Below, one piece after another: positions 1 through 8,113 of a stretch of 26,367 bases of DNA. Position numbers and translations under genes: made by a program. How positions within the stretch are numbered: position 1 is the stretch's first letter; every line of letters starts with the position of its first letter. The notes under the pieces are model-generated. The model was not told where the DNA came from and did not search any database. It was given only the letters and a program-made list of their open reading frames with translations. Source of the stretch: a virus (taxonomy: Duplodnaviria; Caudoviricetes); IMG/VR virus record IMGVR_UViG_3300017754_002918, positions 1-26,367 of that record. One strand, 5' to 3'.

Positions 1-184
1 GGAGAGCACCAATATCAGCAGCATTATATATACTTGATGACCAACTATAATCATACAAACCATACATAGGAGTCAGTGGTGTTGTTTGAGCATTACCATA
101 AGTACCATCCGATATCGTCACACATGTCTGTGAAGCACAAACAAAAGATATCAACATTAAAATAAAAAGTATAAACCTTCCCAT
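1..184 (-). CDS. Secreted protein, N-terminal part only (runs off window start)
   Basis: Not in the ORF track. ATG at 184, open to base 1: MGRFILFILMLISFVCASQTCVTISDGTYGNAQTTPLTPMYGLYDYSWSSSIYNAADIGAL. Signal-peptide-like N-terminus; the P-x-YG-x-Y-x-YSWS-x-x-IY-x-AA-x-IG pattern recalls N-terminal domains of Bacteroidota surface proteins. Confidence 0.7.
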   Translation of the reverse strand, partial: MGRFILFILMLISFVCASQTCVTISDGTYGNAQTTPLTPMYGLYDYSWSSSIYNAADIGAL

Positions 185-185
185 A

Positions 186-842
186 TCACATAAATATTTC
201 CTTCTTCCATAAATCATACGGATAAAATGCTTCCATATATTTTACATACCCCATTTGTCCGTTTTTAATGTTTCGTTCCCAATTATTATATTTAATAGTA
301 TAATACCATAGTTCCTTTCTTGACCAACCTAAATTATCTTGTAAATACTTAGCAACCTGATAACCAGTTCTATCTGCACCGTGTGTACAATGTATTAAAG
401 CATTTCCACCCTTAAGATAAGGTTGGATACTATCCAATGATGTAACATACCCCTTCCCTTTTTGATACCCCATATGAGCATTAAACCATACATATTTCTT
501 ACCCATACTCTGAACCAATTCCATTTCTTGTTCTGGTGTAACGTTGGTTGATTCCTTCGCATTCATTCGTATAACAACTTGGATGTTATATGCTTTTATT
601 ATTTCTTCCAATTGTTTTAAACTTGGTTGACTTGAACGATATAAGTTATTACCTCCCGGTATTGTATCAAAATTACTTGGTAAGTTCGGTATCCTTACAA
701 AATTAATGGTGTCTTTTTTAACCTCCACAGAATCCTTAATTTTATGATTTTGTGCAATCACACGATTAGTTGGTCTAGATGTTGTTAAAATCATTAATAT
801 CAACACACCCATAATAATAAAAACACTCTTAACATTCCTCAT
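186..842 (-). CDS. Cys-based protein tyrosine/dual-specificity phosphatase family protein with N-terminal signal/anchor
   Basis: CX5R P-loop IHCTHGADRTG, upstream LYRSSQP motif, hydrophobic N-terminus. Confidence 0.85.
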   Translation of the reverse strand: MRNVKSVFIIMGVLILMILTTSRPTNRVIAQNHKIKDSVEVKKDTINFVRIPNLPSNFDTIPGGNNLYRSSQPSLKQLEEIIKAYNIQVVIRMNAKESTNVTPEQEMELVQSMGKKYVWFNAHMGYQKGKGYVTSLDSIQPYLKGGNALIHCTHGADRTGYQVAKYLQDNLGWSRKELWYYTIKYNNWERNIKNGQMGYVKYMEAFYPYDLWKKEIFM

Positions 843-844
843 TT

Positions 845-1120
845 CTACTTATGTTTATCACAATTATAATTTAATATTGTATCATTAATTTTATATTTAT
901 TTTTTGAAATAATGACATCTTTACATTCTGTACCATACATATATCTATTACCAACCTCATCATCAATCACAACCGAAGGGTATATTTTTTTTACAATACA
1001 CTTAACGGGTGTTGTTTGCCTAATCACATTAGTGTTTGGTATAATATTCCTATTTATACTTTTGTTATCACAATTAAACAAAAATAAAACAAAAAATAAT
1101 ATGAATATGTATTTAATCAT
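845..1120 (-). CDS. Hypothetical lipoprotein-like protein
   Basis: Hydrophobic N-terminus ending LFNC; tightly packed with neighbours. Confidence 0.6.
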   Translation of the reverse strand: MIKYIFILFFVLFLFNCDNKSINRNIIPNTNVIRQTTPVKCIVKKIYPSVVIDDEVGNRYMYGTECKDVIISKNKYKINDTILNYNCDKHK

Positions 1121-1140
1121 TTTTTTAAATAAATGGTTTC

Positions 1141-1338
1141 TTAAAAAAGCAAACCAACCAACAATCCAATCCCAAAACCAGTCATTATTAATAATGCTGA
1201 CATAATAATAATTAACTTCTTTAATCGTTTAAAATCAAAACCATAAGGACTAATATTTTTTTTAATCTTTGGGTAATCATCAAACATCATCTTCTGAAGT
1301 TTTAAAATCAAATTTGTTGAATCAATATCGTTCTTCAT
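1141..1338 (-). CDS. Hypothetical membrane protein
   Basis: C-terminal hydrophobic helix; 4-bp overlap with the upstream gene. Confidence 0.6.
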   Translation of the reverse strand: MKNDIDSTNLILKLQKMMFDDYPKIKKNISPYGFDFKRLKKLIIIMSALLIMTGFGIGLLVGLLF

Positions 1339-1871
1339 TTTAATTTATTTTTTAATATGTTTATTTCTTCTCTTATCCTTTTTAATTCACCATCCACAGC
1401 ACCCCTATAGTTTATATCTCTTGTTATCTTTAAAAGTTTACTATAATAATCAGTCATACTATCAAGTGACTTTTTTATTTGTTCTTGTGTCTTATTTTTA
1501 TTGTAAGTTAAATTATCCTCAATACCACATACCTCACATTGTGTTGATTTTTTATCACCCACAAAATCTAACTTACAATCACCACACACCAACATATGAT
1601 ATCCAGGTAAAAAACCACCCATAGGGTATTTGTTTTTATCATAACGTGATGTAGCTATAGACACACCTTCAAGATGTGTACCAAATGTATAATCATAAAG
1701 TGTTAATATTTTAACATCATCATCATTACTAAATTCAACCCAAACAGGCAGATCCAACGATAACCTATCCAATACGACATTATAATACGCATTGTTTTTT
1801 TGTAATATATGATTCCCTTGTGGTGATAATACAACCACCATTTCATTCTCTATAATAACCTTACCAACCAT
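1335..1871 (-). CDS. Hypothetical protein with Zn-ribbon-like CxxC...CxxC
   Basis: CGDC...CEVC pair, C-terminal coiled coil. Confidence 0.7.
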   Translation of the reverse strand: MVGKVIIENEMVVVLSPQGNHILQKNNAYYNVVLDRLSLDLPVWVEFSNDDDVKILTLYDYTFGTHLEGVSIATSRYDKNKYPMGGFLPGYHMLVCGDCKLDFVGDKKSTQCEVCGIEDNLTYNKNKTQEQIKKSLDSMTDYYSKLLKITRDINYRGAVDGELKRIREEINILKNKLK

Positions 1872-1873
1872 TA

Positions 1874-2119
1874 CTAATTATTAAATATAGATTTACAATC
1901 CTCAACCAAATATCTTTTTTTGACTTCAATGTTATAATCCAAACTACTTAATAGGGGTTGTTGCAACATAATATCATAATCTTGTTTAATTAATTGGTTT
2001 TTAAAATTATAAACCAATCGCTCAGCAACTGATATTTGATCCCACGTATTACAAGAGTTTATAACACCATCAATCCATTTTTTTATTTGGTAATTATTCA
2101 TCATTTTAAAAAGATACAA
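1874..2119 (-). CDS. Hypothetical protein (true start probably MMNNYQ at about 2104)
   Basis: ORF in the co-oriented gene run. Confidence 0.65.
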   Translation of the reverse strand: MYLFKMMNNYQIKKWIDGVINSCNTWDQISVAERLVYNFKNQLIKQDYDIMLQQPLLSSLDYNIEVKKRYLVEDCKSIFNN

Positions 2120-2415
2120 TGATCCAATTCATAGTTATGTTTACTCTTTGATGATACTACACATACCTGTAATCTATATGTGTTATCTTCATTATTATAA
2201 ACTTCTTTTATCGTGATATCTTCAACAATATCCACCCAATTTGAGACCCCGTATTTACTATCATATTTAAACACCTTACCAATTAACTTATCTAAATTAA
2301 TAAATGTCGGTTGGTAGTTTTGTTGTATTTCATAAGGGTTTTTTTGTCCTGTTAATTCCTCATAATATGGATTTAATTCACCCGTATATGGATCATATTT
2401 TGGTATCTGGTTCAT
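2101..2415 (-). CDS. Hypothetical protein
   Basis: ORF with internal short repeat DPYTGELNPY/ELTGQKNPY. Confidence 0.7.
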   Translation of the reverse strand: MNQIPKYDPYTGELNPYYEELTGQKNPYEIQQNYQPTFINLDKLIGKVFKYDSKYGVSNWVDIVEDITIKEVYNNEDNTYRLQVCVVSSKSKHNYELDHCIFLK

Positions 2416-2416
2416 A

Positions 2417-2593
2417 TTAAAATAATCGTTTCATTTGTTCCATTATTCCAATTAATTTTAACTCCAAAAATCTTATTTTTTGTTTTTGTTCATCGTTTAA
2501 GTCAAAACTATCGGCTTTTATATCTGATATCTGATTAGTTATGATTCTATGTTCATTCAACAATCGCTCATATTCTTCTTTTTTACTTGTCAT
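2417..2593 (-). CDS. Hypothetical coiled-coil protein, 58 aa
   Basis: Not in the ORF track. MTSKKEEYERLLNEHRIITNQISDIKADSFDLNDEQKQKIRFLELKLIGIMEQMKRLF; fills the gap exactly. Confidence 0.7.
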   Translation of the reverse strand: MTSKKEEYERLLNEHRIITNQISDIKADSFDLNDEQKQKIRFLELKLIGIMEQMKRLF

Positions 2594-2840
2594 TTTTTAC
2601 AATATGTTTAGTTAACGTGTTTATTAACCCCTGTAGTTCAAAAAAATTGGTGAATCTTACATATGGATCGGTATCAAAAAAATCAACACACCATTTATTA
2701 CCTGTGGTTTCTTTATTTGTCTGTGTTATTAAAGTTAAACCATTCACAATGTCTAACGTATAGTAATACTCATCATCACCCTCATAGGAATCAATGTACT
2801 CTTTTGTAAACCCTAACGATACTAGTTCTTTCTCTGTCAT
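2583..2840 (-). CDS. Hypothetical protein
   Basis: ORF in the co-oriented run. Confidence 0.7.
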   Translation of the reverse strand: MTEKELVSLGFTKEYIDSYEGDDEYYYTLDIVNGLTLITQTNKETTGNKWCVDFFDTDPYVRFTNFFELQGLINTLTKHIVKNDK

Positions 2841-3034
2841 AATTTTTTGTTTAATTCGTTTATAAATATATTATTTTTTGGGTCATATTTCCCAAGATTA
2901 TAAGTTGTATATGTCCCGTCTAAATTATCCAATTTTATCATCAAAAAGTCAAGTGGTGAAACATATATTTCACATATAACACCATTTATTTTAGAAGTTT
3001 GAATAGCCAGAACGTTTTTTTGTGATTTTGTCAT
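2837..3034 (-). CDS. Hypothetical protein
   Basis: ORF in the co-oriented run, 4-bp overlap. Confidence 0.6.
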   Translation of the reverse strand: MTKSQKNVLAIQTSKINGVICEIYVSPLDFLMIKLDNLDGTYTTYNLGKYDPKNNIFINELNKKL

Positions 3035-3440
3035 AAATCTTATGTAATGTATTTGTTATTTGTGATTTTATTTGTTCTTCATATTCAAGTCGTTGTCCTT
3101 CAACCTTCCTATCAAAATGTCCCTGTAACTTACTAATATCCCTATCACCCAAATAAATTACATAATGATAAACGTGATTGGTTATTTCAACCTTGTTATC
3201 TTCCATAATCACAAAAATATCCAATGATTTATTGATGATATATCGTTTACCTGATAACGGAGCTATCGTAAACTTTGAATCCACATGATTAATCATCTTT
3301 CTGACTATAGCACAAGATATCTTCTCATAACCAGTCACTTCTTCTGTGGTCTTAAACCATTTAGACCCACGTTCCCACTTATAGATTTTTACTTTTAAAC
3401 GTTTGATGATTCGTTTAATAAACCTTTCTAATTTTGACAT
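2991..3440 (-). CDS. Hypothetical protein (start re-assigned to MSKLERF)
   Basis: The track start at 3458 lies inside a promoter -7 element; the ATG at 3440 is downstream of it. Confidence 0.7.
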   Translation of the reverse strand: MSKLERFIKRIIKRLKVKIYKWERGSKWFKTTEEVTGYEKISCAIVRKMINHVDSKFTIAPLSGKRYIINKSLDIFVIMEDNKVEITNHVYHYVIYLGDRDISKLQGHFDRKVEGQRLEYEEQIKSQITNTLHKIYDKITKKRSGYSNF

Positions 3441-3455
3441 ACTAATACTTTTATA

Positions 3456-3486
3456 CAAAAGTAGTAAAAAATATTAGTAAAACAAA
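3456..3486 (-). promoter_or_regulatory. Bacteroidota sigma-ABfr-type promoter
   Basis: TTTG (3483-3486), 19 nt, TACTTTTG (3456-3463) on the minus strand. Confidence 0.75.
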
Positions 3487-3490
3487 TCTA

Positions 3491-4135
3491 TTAATAAAAT
3501 TTTTTGATTTTTTGTTTTTTTACCATTCTACCAGCATAATCCATCCATTGATTTTTAACAACAGGCCATTCATGCTTAAAATCATTAAACATTTTTTTGT
3601 TCTCGTCCGCCCATTGTTCCATAGCAGAATCTAAAGAAACCTTTTTTGTTTTAGCCCTTTTAATTAAACCCCTAACATATGCTGGTATTTCAACTGGGGA
3701 TATTAAATACTTAAAATATTCTGTACTATCTATATTATTATAAACATACATATCCTCAAAGTTTTGTTGTTCTACATGCTCCAATTCATGATCAATAGTT
3801 TCTTTTACTTCAGAAACTAAATCATTCATACTTTTAGGAAATTCATTTGGATTAAATGTTATTGTTAGTGATATATCCTCCATATCGGCATAGGCACTTA
3901 TTGAATATGGTTCTTCTAAAGATTCATCTTCTTCAAATTTACAGGTAAAGTCAAAAACAGCATATTCATCTCCACGTTCAAGATATAAACCTTCAATAAA
4001 AAGTGGTTCACCTTTTTTAAATGCATGAATTACCTTTCTTGAAAGTTCTAAAGAAATTTGATCAGTCTTACGTTCCAATAATATATTTTTTTGAATGGAA
4101 CTGATTATTTCTTTGATATATGGTTTTTTTATCAT
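3491..4135 (-). CDS. Hypothetical protein with HExxH (zincin-like) motif
   Basis: TIDHELEHVEQ followed by YL...E-x-PAY, a metallopeptidase-like pattern. Confidence 0.6.
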   Translation of the reverse strand: MIKKPYIKEIISSIQKNILLERKTDQISLELSRKVIHAFKKGEPLFIEGLYLERGDEYAVFDFTCKFEEDESLEEPYSISAYADMEDISLTITFNPNEFPKSMNDLVSEVKETIDHELEHVEQQNFEDMYVYNNIDSTEYFKYLISPVEIPAYVRGLIKRAKTKKVSLDSAMEQWADENKKMFNDFKHEWPVVKNQWMDYAGRMVKKQKIKKFY

Positions 4136-4743
4136 TTCTCTAAATGCGTCATTAATACACCACCAAGTGAAGTTGCGTCAACCATTAGGTGATTTAAATC
4201 TTCATCATCAAGTCTAGTTCTTTTTTTAGTAAAATCAACACCTAACACACCAATAAATTTATCTTCAATTGTTTTTATTGCAAATAAATAACTTGATTTA
4301 CTATTTGATTCCTCAGCAGCATATTTTAAACCAAAAGTAGCAACTTCATCATCTTTATAATCATATATTTTGATGACATCATGTTTTAATAATTCGTTAA
4401 TTGATTTTGAAAATAAATTAACAGGAATATTATGGAAGTTACTTTGAATTGAATTCACACCAAGGTTTACCACTTCATAAATTACAGAAAATTTAGCCAT
4501 TGACTTTCCAGTTGGATAGAAGTTACCCCCGTTATGGAATTGTGTTACCCACACTCTATCAGCATGATATTCCTCACGTATATCTTCTATTTTTTGATTA
4601 ACCAATTCAGACACCTTTAAAGTTTCACGAACCATATCAGGTTTCTTTTTATTTTTATCTAAATAGTTTTTAACTGTTAAAATTACAACAGGACCCAAAA
4701 TACCTGTAATAAACGCTATAATTATACTTGTAAGATTATCCAT
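4132..4743 (-). CDS. Putative holin or lysis-associated membrane protein (N-terminal TM plus GAF-like domain)
   Basis: One N-terminal TM helix; ADRVWVTQFHNGG...FIGVLGVDF GAF-like pattern; next to the endolysin; architecture like T4 holin T (inference). Confidence 0.55.
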   Translation of the reverse strand: MDNLTSIIIAFITGILGPVVILTVKNYLDKNKKKPDMVRETLKVSELVNQKIEDIREEYHADRVWVTQFHNGGNFYPTGKSMAKFSVIYEVVNLGVNSIQSNFHNIPVNLFSKSINELLKHDVIKIYDYKDDEVATFGLKYAAEESNSKSSYLFAIKTIEDKFIGVLGVDFTKKRTRLDDEDLNHLMVDATSLGGVLMTHLEK

Positions 4744-4769
4744 ATTAATTATAAATATTAAAAAATGTT

Positions 4770-4800
4770 AAAAGCCTCCATATTTTTTTATGAAGGCTTT
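4770..4800. terminator. Rho-independent terminator
   Basis: AAAAGCCT...AGGCTTTT inverted repeat after the 4808-4978 gene. Confidence 0.6.
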
Positions 4801-4807
4801 ATTTAAA

Positions 4808-4978
4808 TTATTTGTTCTTCTCAATCACCGACCAAATTGCACCAATTAATGTCATAACAGCACCAATAACTTCAGTCACTGTAGCATCTGTCGCAATACC
4901 TTTAGATATTACCACACCACCAATAAAGGTTAATGTGTGACGTATTACACCCAACACTTGTTCTCTTTTTAACTTCAT
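4808..4978 (-). CDS. Small two-TM putative holin, 56 aa
   Basis: Not in the ORF track. MKLKREQVLGVIRHTLTFIGGVVISKGIATDATVTEVIGAVMTLIGAIWSVIEKNK; RHxLT..GG and G..WS..K motifs of small phage holins; directly downstream of the endolysin. Confidence 0.75.
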   Translation of the reverse strand: MKLKREQVLGVIRHTLTFIGGVVISKGIATDATVTEVIGAVMTLIGAIWSVIEKNK

Positions 4979-5016
4979 TTTGTTGTTTTTTTTAGTTTAT
5001 GTTTATTATATAAATA

Positions 5017-5868
5017 TCATTTAAGTAAATTAAAGTACACTTTAAACTTTTTTTGTCTATCTTCTATACCATTCAATCCACCATTCACACGTTTTGTTAG
5101 TTTTTTAACATCTTCCTCATCAGAACCACCATCACAAATATCCCATAACTTATTGTTGTTAAAAAAGAAAGCGGCAGACGCCAATGGATATTTTGTTGCA
5201 ACCAAATCAGGATTTGATATACAATCTTCACCAATAAAATCGGAGAATTTTTTATAGTTTGATCTACCCGTTAATTGAATATAACCACGACCTCTAAAAT
5301 TCCACCCATCACCAGATGCTTCATTACCATTACCATTTTGATTTGCATATACAAAATTCCCAATTTCTTCAGGTTTACGTGCAATTAACTTTGCCCTTCT
5401 GCGCTCAATTTCAGATATAACCTTATCTTTATTCACATCAAAATCACTTTTAAATGTTTTTAATAACAATTCCTCAGAATAATTTAAATTCTCCCGTATT
5501 GATTTAAACCCACCCGATTCATGTGAACATTGTGATAAAAAGTGAGCCAACCTTAAATTGGTTGTGATATTAAACTTCTTTGCAGTATCAGGTATTTGCA
5601 AAATAACTTCATCAGGAATCACACCTTTTAGTTTATGAATATTCAATCCAACAACTTCCTTAATTGGTTGTTCCACCTTTGTTATAACCTCAAACATTTT
5701 AGCCCATGTTTTATCACCAACAATACCATCAGCAGTTAAACCATTTTTTGCTTGCCAAGACTTAACAGCCTTATCAGTTGCCGGACCAAAATCACCATCA
5801 GCTTTTAAACCCAATTTTGTTTGCAACTTTTTAACATCGTCGCCCTTACTTCCCAATTTTAATAACAT
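5017..5868 (-). CDS. Endolysin: N-terminal peptidoglycan-binding domain plus GH19 (chitinase-like) muramidase
   Basis: PG_binding_1 pattern (GSKGDDVKKLQ...ADGDFGPAT...WQ...GL-ADGIVG); GH19 motifs AHFLSQCSHESGGF, FRGRGYIQLTGRSNY, TKRVNGGLNG. Confidence 0.92.
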   Translation of the reverse strand: MLLKLGSKGDDVKKLQTKLGLKADGDFGPATDKAVKSWQAKNGLTADGIVGDKTWAKMFEVITKVEQPIKEVVGLNIHKLKGVIPDEVILQIPDTAKKFNITTNLRLAHFLSQCSHESGGFKSIRENLNYSEELLLKTFKSDFDVNKDKVISEIERRRAKLIARKPEEIGNFVYANQNGNGNEASGDGWNFRGRGYIQLTGRSNYKKFSDFIGEDCISNPDLVATKYPLASAAFFFNNNKLWDICDGGSDEEDVKKLTKRVNGGLNGIEDRQKKFKVYFNLLK

Positions 5869-5913
5869 AATTATCTATTTTTTATACTGATAAATATTTA
5901 TAAAATAAAAATT

Positions 5914-6525
5914 ATGAACTTTACACAAAAACAAATTGAAGATGCTGTAAAAGCAAAAGGTTATGTCTGGTTTGATGACAAATCAAATAAAGGTTATGAT
6001 GTTAATATCGTTGGTGTTAGAAACAACAACCCATCTATAGCCGATAAAGTAACAAATGTCTTTGATGATATGTTAACCATATCATTTAAAGATGAAACAG
6101 GGACTTGGCAATTCTATAGTTGGTTAGCAACAACAGATCCAGGAAAGAAAGGAGTTCAGCAATTCCAAAACAAAAAAGGTGTTGCAAGACTTGTACCGGG
6201 ACAATATAGAAGTGTTTGGAAGGTAGATAAACACCAAGGTAAATATGAAGCACTTTGTCAACGTAATGGTAATGTAACCGTATACAGGGATTCAAATAAA
6301 GACCTCGTTTTTGAAGAACGTGTAACAGATACAGGTATGTTTGGAATCAATATCCATAAAGCAGGACAAGACTCAACCTGGGTGGAAAATTGGTCGGAAG
6401 GATGTCAGGTGTTTAAACGTGTGAAAGATTTTGACGTTTTTATGAAGATTTGTAAAAGAGCAGCAAAAATACACGGAAACTCATTTAGTTATACCCTATT
6501 AGAATCAACAGATATACAACAATAA
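5914..6525 (+). CDS. L,D-transpeptidase-like (YkuD fold) cell-wall enzyme
   Basis: GINIH...NWSEGCQV catalytic His/Cys pattern; the only convincing plus-strand gene, divergent from the endolysin. Confidence 0.65.
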   Translation: MNFTQKQIEDAVKAKGYVWFDDKSNKGYDVNIVGVRNNNPSIADKVTNVFDDMLTISFKDETGTWQFYSWLATTDPGKKGVQQFQNKKGVARLVPGQYRSVWKVDKHQGKYEALCQRNGNVTVYRDSNKDLVFEERVTDTGMFGINIHKAGQDSTWVENWSEGCQVFKRVKDFDVFMKICKRAAKIHGNSFSYTLLESTDIQQ

Positions 6526-6552
6526 AAAACGGGGGTCACTGACCCCCATTTT
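6524..6552. terminator. Bidirectional Rho-independent terminator
   Basis: AAAAAAC-GGGGGTC-ACT-GACCCCC-ATTTT between convergent genes. Confidence 0.85.
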
Positions 6553-7283
6553 TATACGATTGATAATAACATATCACCAGTACCCTCCCAAACTTTTATT
6601 TGTGATTTTGGAACCCAAACCTCCATTTCACCAATTTCTTCCACTCGTTTTAAATAATCAAGTCTGAACGTTTCAGCTTGTGATGAATCAGTAATGTAAG
6701 GTACACCAATTTTAGTTGCACATATCTTACCCAATCCCGTTAACATTGAAAACTCATCAGTTAACGTTTTCATACAACAAGTACAAACTTTACCTCGTTT
6801 GATGGTTAATTTTACCAAAAACTTAACAGCCTTTGGTGACATTGAAATAACTTTTTTAACATCCAAAAGGATTGGGTTAAAATTTAAGTTATATGTGGTT
6901 TTTAATTGTTCACCAATCTTTCTACCAACCTTAATAGTATCACCCTCAATAGGTATGTTTAAATTAATTGTCTTTGATCTATCTTCCTCCTTTTGAATCT
7001 GATTAATTGCAGCCTCCTCTTGTTTAACAGATAACTTACCAAATTCTTTTAACTTTGACTGGATATCCAATACAAAAGAATTTTTACCAACATATTCTGC
7101 GATTTTTTTAAGTTCAGGTGTCATTTCAATCTTCTTCACTTCATTAACTGACATAAAAATCTTAGACACCGCACCTTTTTGCTTTTCAGTTAATCTACCA
7201 TACTTTTTAATAACATCCTGCATTTTAAGGATGAAATTGTTATTACCTTTGTAATTCGTTACTTGTTCGTTGATAGTTGACAT
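6552..7283 (-). CDS. Hypothetical protein with DUF6011-like Zn-binding motif
   Basis: CTCCMKTLTDEFSMLTGLGKICA matches CxxC..LT...S...G.G..C; duplicated N-terminal unit (NNFI...GRLTEKQ / NSFV...GKLSVKQ). Confidence 0.65.
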   Translation of the reverse strand: MSTINEQVTNYKGNNNFILKMQDVIKKYGRLTEKQKGAVSKIFMSVNEVKKIEMTPELKKIAEYVGKNSFVLDIQSKLKEFGKLSVKQEEAAINQIQKEEDRSKTINLNIPIEGDTIKVGRKIGEQLKTTYNLNFNPILLDVKKVISMSPKAVKFLVKLTIKRGKVCTCCMKTLTDEFSMLTGLGKICATKIGVPYITDSSQAETFRLDYLKRVEEIGEMEVWVPKSQIKVWEGTGDMLLSIV

Positions 7284-7307
7284 AATACCTTCGTTTTTGA
7301 TTCATTA

Positions 7308-7337
7308 CAAAGATACATCATTTTTTTAAATAAACAA
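7308..7337 (-). promoter_or_regulatory. Bacteroidota-type promoter
   Basis: TTG (7335-7337), 19 nt, TATCTTTG (7308-7315). Confidence 0.7.
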
Positions 7338-7341
7338 TTTT

Positions 7342-7548
7342 TTAATCCTCAAATTTGAATAATTTTTTAAACCTATCAAACCATTCATTATAAGCCGGTC
7401 TAATAAGTATAAAAAATCCAAGCATACCCATAAAAAATTTAAAGATGGTGATATCACCAATAATAAACACGTTGAATAACGCTAAACCTACTATCAAAAC
7501 AATGATTGTTAATACATAACAAACCAAACCTTTTAGTAAATTCTTCAT
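7342..7548 (-). CDS. Small two-TM membrane protein, 68 aa (start re-assigned)
   Basis: The track ORF extends through two tRNA elements; the likely start is MKNLLKG at 7548. Confidence 0.7.
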   Translation of the reverse strand: MKNLLKGLVCYVLTIIVLIVGLALFNVFIIGDITIFKFFMGMLGFFILIRPAYNEWFDRFKKLFKFED

Positions 7549-7569
7549 ATTAAAATTTTTAAAATTCAG

Positions 7570-7656
7570 AGGAGGGGGTGGGATTCGAACCCACGGAACT
7601 CTTGCAAGTTCATCAGATTTCAAGTCTGACCTAATCGACCACTCTAGCACCCTTCC
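7570..7656 (-). tRNA. tRNA-Ser(UGA)
   Basis: Acceptor GGAAGGG/CCCCTCC (one mismatch), anticodon arm TCAGA-CTTGAAA-TCTGA, long variable arm GAACTT..GAGTTC, T arm GTGGG-TTCGAAT-CCCAC; no encoded CCA. Confidence 0.9.
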
Positions 7657-7657
7657 A

Positions 7658-7732
7658 AAATGGGGTGGGATTCGAACCCACGGCACGAGGAACTTTACGT
7701 TACCTTTGCTCTACCCCCTGAGCTACCCACAT
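7658..7732 (-). pseudogene. Atypical or degenerate tRNA
   Basis: Good D arm (TAGCTCAGGGGGTAGAGC) and T arm, weak acceptor stem, non-canonical anticodon arm (AGG-T-AAC GTAAA GTT-CCT). Confidence 0.65.
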
Positions 7733-7767
7733 ATATAAATATACACATATTTAATTATTTTGTAAAG

Positions 7768-8109
7768 TTATTTCCAAAATAATTGTATTAGTAAAATTAA
7801 AATAGATAATGAAATACAAATAATTGTTTTTAAACTAAATGATTCATTAAACAAAAAATACGAAAGTGAAGCAAAAACAATTGTACCTATGGCAAATCCA
7901 ATAATACGTCCAGGCCATATTTCACCATTAAAATAACCAGCACAATATTTTGTAAATAATATAAACAAATAACCAATAGGAAACCCAAATAACGCAACAA
8001 TAATTGGGTTGTTCTTCGCCCATTCAGATACAAATTGGGCTTGCATTTGGAAGAACGTTAACGTATGTGCCAAAATCAACAAACCCAATGATAATAAAAA
8101 TAATTTCAC
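7768..8109 (-). CDS. Four-TM small membrane protein (DMT/SMR-like)
   Basis: 113 aa, four hydrophobic segments, LSYFLFNES-x-SLK pattern typical of DMT-family C-termini. Confidence 0.6.
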   Translation of the reverse strand: MKLFLLSLGLLILAHTLTFFQMQAQFVSEWAKNNPIIVALFGFPIGYLFILFTKYCAGYFNGEIWPGRIIGFAIGTIVFASLSYFLFNESFSLKTIICISLSILILLIQLFWK

Positions 8110-8113
8110 CTTA

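Noticed and set aside
7549-7686. N-terminal extension of track ORF 7342-7686 with duplicated PWVRIPP
   Set aside because: It is the translation of two tRNA T arms, not protein.
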